Shown here piece after piece: positions 1 to 8,442 of a DNA stretch of 13,288 nucleotides. The DNA lies in NCBI GenBank assembly GCA_040005235.1, contig JBDTZG010000103.1, forward strand, positions 1 through 13,288. Reading direction: 5' to 3'. Origin of the DNA: Acidobacteriota bacterium (GTDB taxonomy: Bacteria; Acidobacteriota; Thermoanaerobaculia; Multivoradales; UBA5704). The translations under genes and the position numbers were made by a program. The number at the start of each line of letters is the position of its first letter. The first letter of the stretch is position 1. The notes beneath the pieces are model-generated. The model ran no database searches and was not told the DNA's origin. It saw nothing but the letters and a program-made list of their open reading frames with translations.

Positions 1-50
1 CCTAAACCATCGGAAGTCTCGTGTCTCACTCGACATTGGCAGATAGGGGA

Positions 51-160
51 CTTCCTGGGCTGGGAAGTCACTTCCTGGACCGGAGGGCCGCTATCTGGGG
101 TGGCTGGCGGTTTCCTGGGCCGGATAGCCGCAACCTGCGTCGGCTAGGGATTTCCGGTTG
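51..160. repeat. Degenerate 20-bp-period tandem array with semi-palindromic units (about 5.5 units)
   Basis: Units start at 51 cttcctgggctgggaagtca, 71 cttcctggaccggagggccg, 91 ctatctggggtggctggcgg, 111 tttcctgggccggatagccg, 131 caacctgcgtcggctaggga and 151 tttccgg (partial). Unit 1 contains the inverted repeat gacttcc/ggaagtc (49-55/63-69). Confidence 0.7.
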
Positions 161-172
161 AAATCGCAGGCC

Positions 173-1798
173 TCAGTGCACCATCGGCGCCTCGCCGCCT
201 TTTTTCGGCGTTTTCATCAGGAAAACCAGCGGCCCGACGATTACGAAGGACCAGGCGAGGATGCGGAAAACGTCCACGAAGGAGAGCATGGCGGCTTGGC
301 GCTGGACCAGGCCGATCGCTCCGGCGGCGGCACGTTGGGCCGCCGTGATGGGATCGGCGCCCGCCGCCATGTAGGCGCGCTTCAGGCCGTCGAGGAAGGC
401 GTTCGCCTTGGGATTGAAGGGATCGAAGTGAGCGCCGAGGCTCTGGAAATGGACCTGCTGCCGGCGGGCGAGGAGGGTGGTTGCGGTCGCGATGCCGATC
501 GAGCCGCCGATGTTTCTCATCAGGTTGAAAATGCTGGTGGCGTTGCCCATCTTCTCTTTCGAGATCGGGCTCATCGCGGCGGCCGTGAGCGGCACGAAGA
601 GAAGACCGAGCGAAACCCCCTGGATGAACTGCGGCCAGAAGATGTCCCAGTAGCCGGCATCCAAGGAAAGCATGCTGTGCCAGAAGAGAGTGAGCGCGGC
701 AAGATAGAACCCGGCGAGGAGCAGTCGCTTGGCGCCGACCTTGTTGAGGATCAATCCGACGATCGGCATCGCGATGAACGATCCGATCCCTCGGGGCGCC
801 ATCGCGAATCCGGCTTGGTACGCCGGGTAGCGGAGCAGCGACTGGAGAAAGATCGGCACCATGACGAGCGAGCCGTAGAGGCCGAAACCCATCACGGTCA
901 TCAGCAGGACGCCGGTCGCATAGGTGCGGTTCTTCAGAGCGCGCAGATCGACGATCGGCGCCGAGGTCATCAGCTCGCGAACGATAAAGGCGATCAGGCC
1001 GAGCACCGCCATCACGCCGAGCGAGGTGATCAGGTTCGAGGAGAACCAGTCGTCCTCCTGCCCCTTGTCGAGCAGAATTTGGAGCGCGCCGACGCCGAGT
1101 GCCAGGAAGCCCAAGCCCCAGTAGTCGATCTTCTCTCGGGCCTTCCGCAGGTACGTCGGATCGTGGATGTACAGCTGGATCATCAGCAGAGCCAGCAGGC
1201 CTACCGGCACGTTGATGTAGAAGACCCAGCGCCAGGACGTGTTGTCCGTCAGCCAGCCCCCCATGACCGGCCCGATGATCGGCGCCACGACGATCCCCAA
1301 GCCCCAAAAGGCCATCGCCTTGCCGCGCGATTCCGGAGGGAACGTCTCCAAGAGCACCGCTTGAGAGAGCGGTTGCAGGCACCCTCCGGTCAGCCCCTGA
1401 ACGACGCGGAAGAAGATCAGAAGCGGCAGCGTCGGCGCCAGGCCGCAGAGGAACGAAGCGATCGTGAAGCCTCCGACCGAAAGCAGCAGCAGGCGCTTCC
1501 TGCCGAAGCGGCTGGCGAGCCAGCCGGTCATCGGCAGGACGATCGCGTTGGCGACCAGGTACGAGGTGAGTGCCCAGGTGGCCTCGTCGACGGAGGACGA
1601 AAGGCTGCCCGCGATGTGCGGCAGCGAGACGTTCACGACCGTCGTGTCGAGAACCTCCATGAACGTCGCGAGCATCACCGAGATCGCGACGATCCAAGGA
1701 TTGACCAGCGGCAGAGCGGGCGCGCCGGGCGTGTTCGGCGTGTTGGAAACTCCGCGAACGTCTACCGCGCCTGCCGCGGCGAGGGATTGGGGCTCCAT
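173..1798 (-). CDS. emrB: DHA2 family MFS drug efflux permease (EmrB/QacA subfamily)
   Basis: 541 aa with many hydrophobic segments. Motifs: MEVLDTTVVNVSLPHI (motif D1), GWLASRFGRKR (motif A), FRVVQGLTGG (motif B), APIIGPVMGGW (motif C), WRWVFYINVPVG and RNIGGSIG. Lies directly downstream of an EmrA-like gene. Confidence 0.93.
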   Translation of the reverse strand: MEPQSLAAAGAVDVRGVSNTPNTPGAPALPLVNPWIVAISVMLATFMEVLDTTVVNVSLPHIAGSLSSSVDEATWALTSYLVANAIVLPMTGWLASRFGRKRLLLLSVGGFTIASFLCGLAPTLPLLIFFRVVQGLTGGCLQPLSQAVLLETFPPESRGKAMAFWGLGIVVAPIIGPVMGGWLTDNTSWRWVFYINVPVGLLALLMIQLYIHDPTYLRKAREKIDYWGLGFLALGVGALQILLDKGQEDDWFSSNLITSLGVMAVLGLIAFIVRELMTSAPIVDLRALKNRTYATGVLLMTVMGFGLYGSLVMVPIFLQSLLRYPAYQAGFAMAPRGIGSFIAMPIVGLILNKVGAKRLLLAGFYLAALTLFWHSMLSLDAGYWDIFWPQFIQGVSLGLLFVPLTAAAMSPISKEKMGNATSIFNLMRNIGGSIGIATATTLLARRQQVHFQSLGAHFDPFNPKANAFLDGLKRAYMAAGADPITAAQRAAAGAIGLVQRQAAMLSFVDVFRILAWSFVIVGPLVFLMKTPKKGGEAPMVH

Positions 1799-1804
1799 CG
1801 GCGT

Positions 1805-2986
1805 CTAGCGCACGAATACGGTCGGCACGGCCGACATTCCGGGGCGCAGGCGCGGCTCGCCCGCTTTTTCTTCGATCGAAGCCTTGTCGATCGAGATCTT
1901 GACCGGGATGCGCTGCACGACTTTGACGAAGTTGCCGGTCGCGTTCTCGGGCGGCAGCAGGCTGAAGCGCGAACCCGTCGCGGCGGAGATCGACTCGACC
2001 TTGCCGGGCCACGATTTGCCGCCGTAGGCGTCGACCTCGATTTCGACCCGCTGGCCGACCCGCAGCTTCGCGAGCTGGCTCTCCTTGAAATTGGCGACCA
2101 CCCAGACGTCGTCGAGCGAGACCAGGGAGAGGAGCGGCTGGCCGGCCGAGATCACCTGGCCCGGCTCGATCGATTTGCGGGTGACGACTCCGTCGACCGG
2201 CGCCTTCACCGAGCAGTATTCGAGGTCGAGCTCGGCTTTGCGCAGGGCGCTTTTCGCCTGGGCGATCCGCGCGTCGGTCGAATCCGCGCGGGCGCTCGCG
2301 ATTTCATTCTGCTGCGGCGCGGTGCGGGCGTCGGCCAGTCCGGCGCGCGCCGCGTCGATTCCCCCGGCGGCTTCGTTCACCGCGGCTTCCGCCGCGTCCT
2401 GACTGGCCTTCATCGCTGCGGCCGCCGCGACCGCCGCATCGTAGTCGCGCCGGGCGATCTCGTCCTTGGCGATCAACGTCTCGGCCCGCGCCAGATCCTG
2501 GCGCGCGCGCACCGAATTCGCTTTGGCCTCTTCGAGCTTGGCCTTGATGGAGGCGAGGCGGGCCTGCGCTCCGGCGAGTTGGCTCGCGGCCATCGACAGC
2601 CGGCTCGACGAGGCGGCCGAAGCGACCGGCAGGTTCGAATGCGCGCCGCGGGCGTTTGCCTCGGCCTCGGCCAGATCGGCCTGGGCCTTGCTGACCGCGA
2701 TCTCGAAGTCGCGCGGGTCGATCTGCACCAGCAGGGTGCCGGCCTTCACGTTGTCGTTCTCGCGCACCAGGACCTTGGCGATCGTCCCGCCGACGCGCGA
2801 AGCGATCGGGTTCAAATCCCCTTCGACCTGCGCATCGTCGGTCGAAATGTGGCCGGAGAGATGCCACCAGGCAAACCCGCCCCCGACGAGGGCGATCACC
2901 AGGATCAGCACCCCCACGAGAGCCACGCGGGAACGGTTGAAATTCCGGCCATTGCCGGAGGGTTTGTCCTCAGTCGTGTCGCTCAT
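1805..2986 (-). CDS. emrA: HlyD/EmrA family membrane fusion (periplasmic adaptor) protein
   Basis: N-terminal TM anchor, STDDAQVEG, lipoyl-like half motifs (VLVRENDNVKAGTLLVQID; VKAPVDGVV), an Ala-rich coiled coil, and the EmrA signature FSLLPPENATGNFVKVVQRIPVKI. Confidence 0.93.
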   Translation of the reverse strand: MSDTTEDKPSGNGRNFNRSRVALVGVLILVIALVGGGFAWWHLSGHISTDDAQVEGDLNPIASRVGGTIAKVLVRENDNVKAGTLLVQIDPRDFEIAVSKAQADLAEAEANARGAHSNLPVASAASSSRLSMAASQLAGAQARLASIKAKLEEAKANSVRARQDLARAETLIAKDEIARRDYDAAVAAAAAMKASQDAAEAAVNEAAGGIDAARAGLADARTAPQQNEIASARADSTDARIAQAKSALRKAELDLEYCSVKAPVDGVVTRKSIEPGQVISAGQPLLSLVSLDDVWVVANFKESQLAKLRVGQRVEIEVDAYGGKSWPGKVESISAATGSRFSLLPPENATGNFVKVVQRIPVKISIDKASIEEKAGEPRLRPGMSAVPTVFVR

Positions 2987-4416
2987 CGTCCGGATTCCCC
3001 GCGCAAGAACTTGAGATACGCCGGCTCGGCCAGCCCCAAAGCCAGGGCGAGCGCAGCCTTCGCGGCGTTATGGTCATAAAGGCTCGAGATGTAACTGTCT
3101 TCGGCGGTCGCCACGGCCTCCTGGGCCTGAACGACCTCGATGCTGCCGGCCGCGCCGGCGGAAAACCGGTCTTTGCCTTGAGTGAGCGCCTGCTCGGCGA
3201 GGTTCCGCGTGGCATCCGCGACGCTCACCCGCTCGGCCGCCGCATCGAGGTCCAAGAGCGCCGAGCGGACCTCGAAATCGGCGCGCGAAGCGAGATCGGC
3301 AAGCTCCGCCTCGCGCTGCCTCAAGGCGGCTTCCGCCTCGGCGGCTTTCGCTTCGACCTTGCCGCCTTCAAAGATCGGGATCTTCAACGCCAGGTTGTAA
3401 TTGAACGTGTGGTTCAAGTTGCCGGAGTTGTTGCCGATCTCGCCGTAGTCGGCCGATCCGACCAGCGACGGCAGCTTCTCGCCGCGGATGGAGCGGAGGG
3501 TCTGCTTCGCCGCTTCGACCCGCGCTTGGGCGGCCTTGATGTCGGCCCGGGTGGTGAGCGCGGTCTGGATCGCCTCATCGAGCGGCAGCGCGCGCAGCTC
3601 GGCGTAGGGCACCCGGTCGACCAGCTCGATCACCTGGCCCGGGGGCAGGCCGATTGCGCGGGCGAGGCTGAGCTTCTGCTTCGCCTGGTCGTTCTTCGCC
3701 GCGATCAGCCGCTGCTGTTGGGATTGCAGCTGAACCTGCGAGCGGAGCGCGTCGATCCCGGGCACGTAGCCCGCTTTGTGCCGGTCGTCGGCCAACTGGA
3801 AGATCGAACGGGCCGCTTCGACCTGCGCCTCGACCGCCGCGACCCGACTTTCGGTCGCCACCGCCTGGAGGTAGAGATTGCCGCAGACCAAGACCACCAG
3901 GCCGCGGGCGTCCTGGTAGGTCTGGCGCGTCGCTTCGAGGGTGGAACCGGCGGCGCGCTTCTTTTCGAGCAGGCTCCAATCGAACAGCGTCTGCTTGATC
4001 TTGGCGCGAGCGTCCAGCACCTGGAACGGACCGATGATCGTCGGCGTCCCGGGAAAGCTGAAACCGAACGCCGCGAGCGACAGCGTCTGGCGGGCGAAGT
4101 AGCTGTCGGCCGAGACCTGCGGCAGAAGATCCGCCAGAGCCTTGGCCCGCAAGCTTTCCGCGGCCTCGACGTTCTGTTCGGCGAGGAGAGCGCCCAGGTT
4201 ATGGTCGAGCCCGCGCGCCACCGCGTCGGCCAGGGTGAGGCGCAGCGGCTGAGGATCGACTTTGCCCTCGGGGACGCCGCCCAAGAAAGCCGGCGGCAGA
4301 GCCGGGCGCCCGGCTTGCGCGAGGGCAGCCCCGGAAAAAGCCGCGCAGTACGACAAAACGGCTCCGAACAGAGCCGCGGCCGGCGCTCTGCGGGAAAGTC
4401 GCGATCTTCCATTCAT
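2983..4416 (-). CDS. TolC/OEP family outer membrane efflux protein
   Basis: Start moved from 4488 to the ATG at 4416, which overlaps the TetR stop (ATGA, 4413-4416). Signal-peptide-like N-terminus ending AALA-Q. OEP-like motifs LTLADAVARGLDHN, LLPQVS, KLPSL, LKIPIFEGG and RFSAGAAGSIEVVQAQ. Its stop overlaps the emrA start (ATGA, 2983-2986). Confidence 0.9.
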   Translation of the reverse strand: MNGRSRLSRRAPAAALFGAVLSYCAAFSGAALAQAGRPALPPAFLGGVPEGKVDPQPLRLTLADAVARGLDHNLGALLAEQNVEAAESLRAKALADLLPQVSADSYFARQTLSLAAFGFSFPGTPTIIGPFQVLDARAKIKQTLFDWSLLEKKRAAGSTLEATRQTYQDARGLVVLVCGNLYLQAVATESRVAAVEAQVEAARSIFQLADDRHKAGYVPGIDALRSQVQLQSQQQRLIAAKNDQAKQKLSLARAIGLPPGQVIELVDRVPYAELRALPLDEAIQTALTTRADIKAAQARVEAAKQTLRSIRGEKLPSLVGSADYGEIGNNSGNLNHTFNYNLALKIPIFEGGKVEAKAAEAEAALRQREAELADLASRADFEVRSALLDLDAAAERVSVADATRNLAEQALTQGKDRFSAGAAGSIEVVQAQEAVATAEDSYISSLYDHNAAKAALALALGLAEPAYLKFLRGESGR

Positions 4417-5039
4417 TGTGAGGAAATCCCTTTCCAGGCGAGATCGACGAGAAGCTCCACCTCTCGTTCGATCGATCCTTCGGTCCAACCGACCAGCCGC
4501 TGGGTCACAGCTCCGCGCGTAAGGTTTGCGATCGCGAAGGCCACGTAGCGGGCCGGCAGATCGCGCGCCTCGCCAAGGCTCTCGCCCAGGCGAATCGCGT
4601 CTTCGAGCAGGGCCACCTGGTCGAGAAAGACCTTTTCGAACCCGCTGTCCCGCGTCTCGTGCTGGGTCACCATGTTGCCCAGCTCGGCGAAATAGATCTT
4701 GAAAAAATCGCGATGCTCGTCGCAGTAGCGGAGCTTCGTCTCGACGTAGGCCCGAATTTTGTCGTGAAGCGTCTCGGCGCCCCAGACCTTTTCCTGGGTC
4801 TTGGCGGCGAGCGCCGAGAGCCCTTCGCGCAGCGCCGCGAAATAGATGTCGCGCTTCGACGGGTAGTAGAGGTAGATCGTCCCCTTGGCGACCCCCGCCG
4901 CCTGCGCGATCTCGTCGACCGAGGCGCCGGCAAAGCCTTTTTCGGCGAAGACTCCCTGGGCCGCCGCGAGGATTTCGGCTTGGCGGAACTCGGCGAGGAC
5001 GTCCTTCTTCGTGCGTCGCTGTGGGGTCTCGGAGATCAT
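4413..5039 (-). CDS. TetR/AcrR family transcriptional regulator
   Basis: TetR HTH: ILAAAQGVFAEKGFAGASVDEIAQAAGVAKGTIYLYYPSKRDI. First gene of the efflux operon. The start is either ATG at 5039 or TTG at 5060 (uncertain). Confidence 0.93.
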   Translation of the reverse strand: MISETPQRRTKKDVLAEFRQAEILAAAQGVFAEKGFAGASVDEIAQAAGVAKGTIYLYYPSKRDIYFAALREGLSALAAKTQEKVWGAETLHDKIRAYVETKLRYCDEHRDFFKIYFAELGNMVTQHETRDSGFEKVFLDQVALLEDAIRLGESLGEARDLPARYVAFAIANLTRGAVTQRLVGWTEGSIEREVELLVDLAWKGISSQ

Positions 5040-5041
5040 CT

Positions 5042-5076
5042 TGACGGGCTGGTCAGTCAACTGACCGAACAGTCAG
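5042..5076. promoter_or_regulatory. Probable TetR operator: two TGAC-N6-GTCA palindromes
   Basis: tgac-gggctg-gtca (5042-5055) and ctgac-cgaaca-gtcag (5061-5076). The junction ggtcagtcaactgacc (5051-5066) is also near-palindromic. It overlaps the tetR start region, as expected for autoregulation. Confidence 0.7.
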
Positions 5077-5103
5077 TAGCTCATTTTCGCCGCGTCCTGT
5101 CAA
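5073..5103 (-). promoter_or_regulatory. Possible sigma70 promoter of the efflux operon
   Basis: Perfect -35 TTGACA on the minus strand (5103-5098) upstream of the operator. The -10 match (GCTACT or TACTGA) is weak. Confidence 0.4.
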
Positions 5104-5137
5104 GCTTCGACCCCGTTGGCGGCGGCAGAGAACCCCG

Positions 5138-6793
5138 CTACGGCTCGGGCATCCGGAGGCCGTCGAGCGCGAGCACGCGAACGCTTCCCGGGGCGTGATC
5201 CAGGGCGATGACGGCCCGATGAGGATCGGCGATCCGGCGCATCAGCTCTTGGCCGTCCACCAGACGGCTGCCGCCCGTTGCCTGCCAGCCCGGAAGGCCG
5301 GTCCAGGTGTGAACCACCTCAAGGCCGGCGTTTCTCAGTCGAAAGTACCGGAGGCTTCCCAAAGCATTCTCGAACGCGGGAGCCGTTATCCCTCCGTCGG
5401 CCCAATACGCGGGTGCGTTGACCAGGGTGACCGTGGCCGGGGCCTCTCGCGAAGGCAAAAGAGCCCGCGCCTGCTCGACCGAGAGCCGCAGGGAGTCGTA
5501 ACTGCGCCGATAGAGCTCCTGGGCACGATGAAGCTCGCCTTCGGCGGAGAACAGGAGGATGGAGGAAAGGAGCACGGGTAGGCCTAAAGCGACCGCGGCG
5601 CGGCTCAAAGCAACCGTACGGACGGTTCCAGTCGTCTCCGCAGTTCCGGCGGGAGCCGCCCGCGCGATGCGGCGCGACAGCCGCTCGCCCCACCGGCAAA
5701 AACCAAAGGCAAGGAGCAGCAAGCCCGGAATACTGGGCAGGAAGCGGTGGCGCGGCGCGAGCGGTACCGCGACCGCCTCGATCGCGAGATGGATCCAAAA
5801 CCAGAGCATGAGCAGCCGGGTCCCTCTTCCGGCGCGGCGGAAGATCCAGACCGAAGCGACAAGCGCCGACCCGATCAGCAAGAGGGGGCGGCGGCTGTCG
5901 ACCAGCGCGGTCGTCGAACCGAGCCGCAGGAGGCCTTCCAGCACGTCGTAGGAGCCTCTCAAGGTGAAGATCCCGAGGAGGCATTGGGCCAGCGAGTGAA
6001 GGCGGACCGTGTCGAGCCCCGGTGCGATCGCTCCGGAGGTGGCGCCGGCGAAACGAACCTGAGCGAAGATCAACGCCGCAACCACCGGCAAGGTGGGCGC
6101 AAACCGCCGGAGCAGGCCTTTGAGCAGGTCGAACCGAAAAAGGCTTCGGATGCCCTCCCTCTCGGCCGAGCGAACGAGGCACCAGACGACGGCGACGGGC
6201 AGAAGCGTGATCGTCCCCTCGTAGGTGAAAACGGCTCCCACGAGAGCGACCGCGAACCCCCACGCGGCGCCGCGCGGAGGCCCTTCCTCCGCGAGCTGAA
6301 AGGCGGCGGCCACCGCGCCGATCGCGAACGCCGCGGCCAGGCAATGGAGATTGCCCACCAGCGGCCAATAGGTGACATCGGGAAAGGCGGCGCTACCAAT
6401 CAGCAGCCCCCCGGCGAGCAGGCCCGCCAGGGGATGGCCGAGCAGCCGCCGCCCGAACCAGAACGTCAGCCAGCCGACCAGCGCAAGCTGCCCAATGTTG
6501 GCGATCGCGTAGAGCCGTTCGCGGTCGCCGAAAAGGAGATAGAGAAGGCGGCTCCAGGCGCTCGCGATCGGGATGTAGTGATAACCAAGCGGGGTTGTCA
6601 GCGCCACGCCCCACCTCTGTGCGACCTGGAAGAGGATCGCCCAAGAGTCGCCGACAAACCCGAGCCGGCAGGCGCCGGCATGAATCGCCCCGGCCTCCAG
6701 GCCAAAGAAAAGCGGTGCGGGAAGTGACCACTCCCGCCACCTCCAGAGGCGCCCGAGTGACCGGGTGCAGGAAGACGCTCGCGGGCGGGTCAC
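5138..6793 (-). CDS. Polytopic membrane protein, possibly GT-C-fold glycosyltransferase-like (paralog 2, about 551 aa)
   Basis: Only the 3' part of the 1010-aa track ORF looks real. Proposed GTG start at 6793 overlaps the TGA of paralog 1 (GTGA, 6790-6793). It has many TM segments, an early loop GFVGDSW...GYHYIP, TYEG, and RHRFLP before the last TMs, followed by a soluble C-terminal region. It aligns end to end with 6790-8331. The function is inferred from architecture only. Confidence 0.75.
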   Translation of the reverse strand: MTRPRASSCTRSLGRLWRWREWSLPAPLFFGLEAGAIHAGACRLGFVGDSWAILFQVAQRWGVALTTPLGYHYIPIASAWSRLLYLLFGDRERLYAIANIGQLALVGWLTFWFGRRLLGHPLAGLLAGGLLIGSAAFPDVTYWPLVGNLHCLAAAFAIGAVAAAFQLAEEGPPRGAAWGFAVALVGAVFTYEGTITLLPVAVVWCLVRSAEREGIRSLFRFDLLKGLLRRFAPTLPVVAALIFAQVRFAGATSGAIAPGLDTVRLHSLAQCLLGIFTLRGSYDVLEGLLRLGSTTALVDSRRPLLLIGSALVASVWIFRRAGRGTRLLMLWFWIHLAIEAVAVPLAPRHRFLPSIPGLLLLAFGFCRWGERLSRRIARAAPAGTAETTGTVRTVALSRAAVALGLPVLLSSILLFSAEGELHRAQELYRRSYDSLRLSVEQARALLPSREAPATVTLVNAPAYWADGGITAPAFENALGSLRYFRLRNAGLEVVHTWTGLPGWQATGGSRLVDGQELMRRIADPHRAVIALDHAPGSVRVLALDGLRMPEP

Positions 6794-8331
6794 GGGCCAA
6801 GCTCGAAGGCGACCACGGCACGGAACGGATCGGCGCCCCGTCGAAGGACCTCCGCCTCGTCGACCAGCCGGCTGCTGTCCGTGGCGACCCAGCCCGGGAC
6901 TTCGACCCACGTGTGGATCAGCTCGATGCGGGTGCCGCCCAGACGGAAGAGGGCGAGACCGTTCATCGCATTGTCGAAGGCGGGGACGGCGATTCCTCCT
7001 TCCACCAGGTACGCGGGGAAGTTGACCAGCGTCAGGGTGGCCGGGGTGTTGCGCGAGGGCAGAAGGGTTCGGGCCTGCTCGACCGCCACGCGGAGAGCGT
7101 CGAAGCTGCGCCGATAGAGCTCCTGGGCGCGGTGCAGCTCGCCCTGGGCGGAGAGGATCAGAACGGACGTCAGGACCAGGGGGATCGCAAGGGCCATATG
7201 CACGGTGCCGGGAGCGGGTGCCACGCGCCGGGAGACCCATTCTCCCACCTGACAAAAGCCGAGCGAGAGCAAAAGCAGCCCGGGAATGCTGGGCAAGAAA
7301 CAGTGCCGCGACGAAAGCGGCAAAGCCAGGATGGCGACGAAGAGATGGATCGCCAGCCAGAGCACGAGCAGAGCGGCTCCCCGCCGTGCGCGGAGAAAGG
7401 TCCAAACGCCCAGCGCTAGGGCGAGCCCAAGAAAAACCAGAATGCGGTGCCACTCGATGCTCATCGGAGTCGTGCCGATGTACAGGAGAGTCTCCAAGAC
7501 CTCGGACGAGCTTCTCAAGGTGAAGATCCCGATCAATCCGTGGGCGAGAGAGTGAAGGCGTTCGAGATCGAGAGCCGGCGTGATCGCGCTCGCGGTGGCC
7601 TGGGCGAAACGAATTTTGGCCAGGACCAGCGCCGCTACCACCGGCAGGCTCCAGGCGAAACGACGGAGCATGCCTTGGAGGGCCGCGACTCGGAAGAGGC
7701 TTCGAGCACCGGCCCTCTCGGCCTGCCGCACGAGGCACCAGATCAGCGCGACCGGCAGAAGAGTGATCATCCCCTCGTAGGTAAAGCAGGCTCCGGCAAG
7801 CGCGGCGGCAAACCCCAACGAGGCGCCGCGCGGCGGATTTTCTTCGGCGAGCGCGGCGGCGGCAGCGATCGCCCCGATCGAAAATATCGCGGCCAGGCAA
7901 TGGAAGTTTCCGACCAGCGCCCAATAGGTGACGTCCGGAAAAGCGGCGCTGCCGATCAAAAGGCTCCCCGCCAGGAGCCCCGGCAGGGCCTTGCCGAGCA
8001 ACCTTCGCCCCAGCAGGAAAGTCAGCCAGCCGACGACCGTAAGCTCTCCGATGTTGACAATTGCGTAGAGCCGCTCGTGGTCGCCGAGCAGCATGTAGAG
8101 AAGGCGGGTCCAGCCGCTCGCGAGCGGAATGTAGTGATAGCCGAGGGGGGTTCCCAGCGCTGCCCGCCATCCGGGAGCGGCATGCATGAGGATCGCCCAG
8201 GAGTCACCGACGAACCCGAGCCGACGGACGCCGGCATGAATCGCCCCGGCCTCCAGGCCAAAGAAAAGCAGTGCGGGGAGTGACCCGTCCCGCCACCCCC
8301 AGAGGCGCCCTAAAGGGTCCCTGCGCATCAT
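6790..8331 (-). CDS. Polytopic membrane protein, possibly GT-C-fold glycosyltransferase-like (paralog 1, 513 aa)
   Basis: Hydrophobic multi-TM ORF with GFVGDSW, GYHYIP, AFPDVTYW, TYEG and RHCFLP, all conserved in paralog 2, which supports coding status. The function is an inference. Confidence 0.78.
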   Translation of the reverse strand: MMRRDPLGRLWGWRDGSLPALLFFGLEAGAIHAGVRRLGFVGDSWAILMHAAPGWRAALGTPLGYHYIPLASGWTRLLYMLLGDHERLYAIVNIGELTVVGWLTFLLGRRLLGKALPGLLAGSLLIGSAAFPDVTYWALVGNFHCLAAIFSIGAIAAAAALAEENPPRGASLGFAAALAGACFTYEGMITLLPVALIWCLVRQAERAGARSLFRVAALQGMLRRFAWSLPVVAALVLAKIRFAQATASAITPALDLERLHSLAHGLIGIFTLRSSSEVLETLLYIGTTPMSIEWHRILVFLGLALALGVWTFLRARRGAALLVLWLAIHLFVAILALPLSSRHCFLPSIPGLLLLSLGFCQVGEWVSRRVAPAPGTVHMALAIPLVLTSVLILSAQGELHRAQELYRRSFDALRVAVEQARTLLPSRNTPATLTLVNFPAYLVEGGIAVPAFDNAMNGLALFRLGGTRIELIHTWVEVPGWVATDSSRLVDEAEVLRRGADPFRAVVAFELGP

Positions 8332-8346
8332 CGAAATAGACTAACA
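8332..8346 (-). promoter_or_regulatory. Extended -10 promoter, probably leaderless, for paralog 1
   Basis: The minus strand reads TGt-TAGTCT-atttcg-ATG: an extended -10 six nt before the start codon, with no SD sequence. Confidence 0.5.
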
Positions 8347-8442
8347 CGCGAAAACTTGCGGTCCGGATGGCTACGGGCGAAACTCTGCCTCAGCGTCCGT
8401 CGAACGGCGGAGAACCGGATCTCACTCCAAAGGAGCGTCTCG

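Noticed and set aside
1-36. Minus-strand ATG at 36 (MSSETRDFRWFR...) running off the window edge
   Set aside because: Only 12 codons are visible and there is no SD; it cannot be supported from this window.
158-4548. Long antisense and alternative-frame ORFs (973, 622 and 492 aa and others) over the efflux operon
   Set aside because: Shadow ORFs caused by high-GC codon bias. They have no recognisable motifs and fully overlap well-supported genes.
6794-8170. N-terminal half of the 1010-aa ORF as a fusion or frameshift product
   Set aside because: It is an Arg/Pro-rich off-frame reading of paralog 1. Homology to paralog 1 begins only just after the GTG at 6793.
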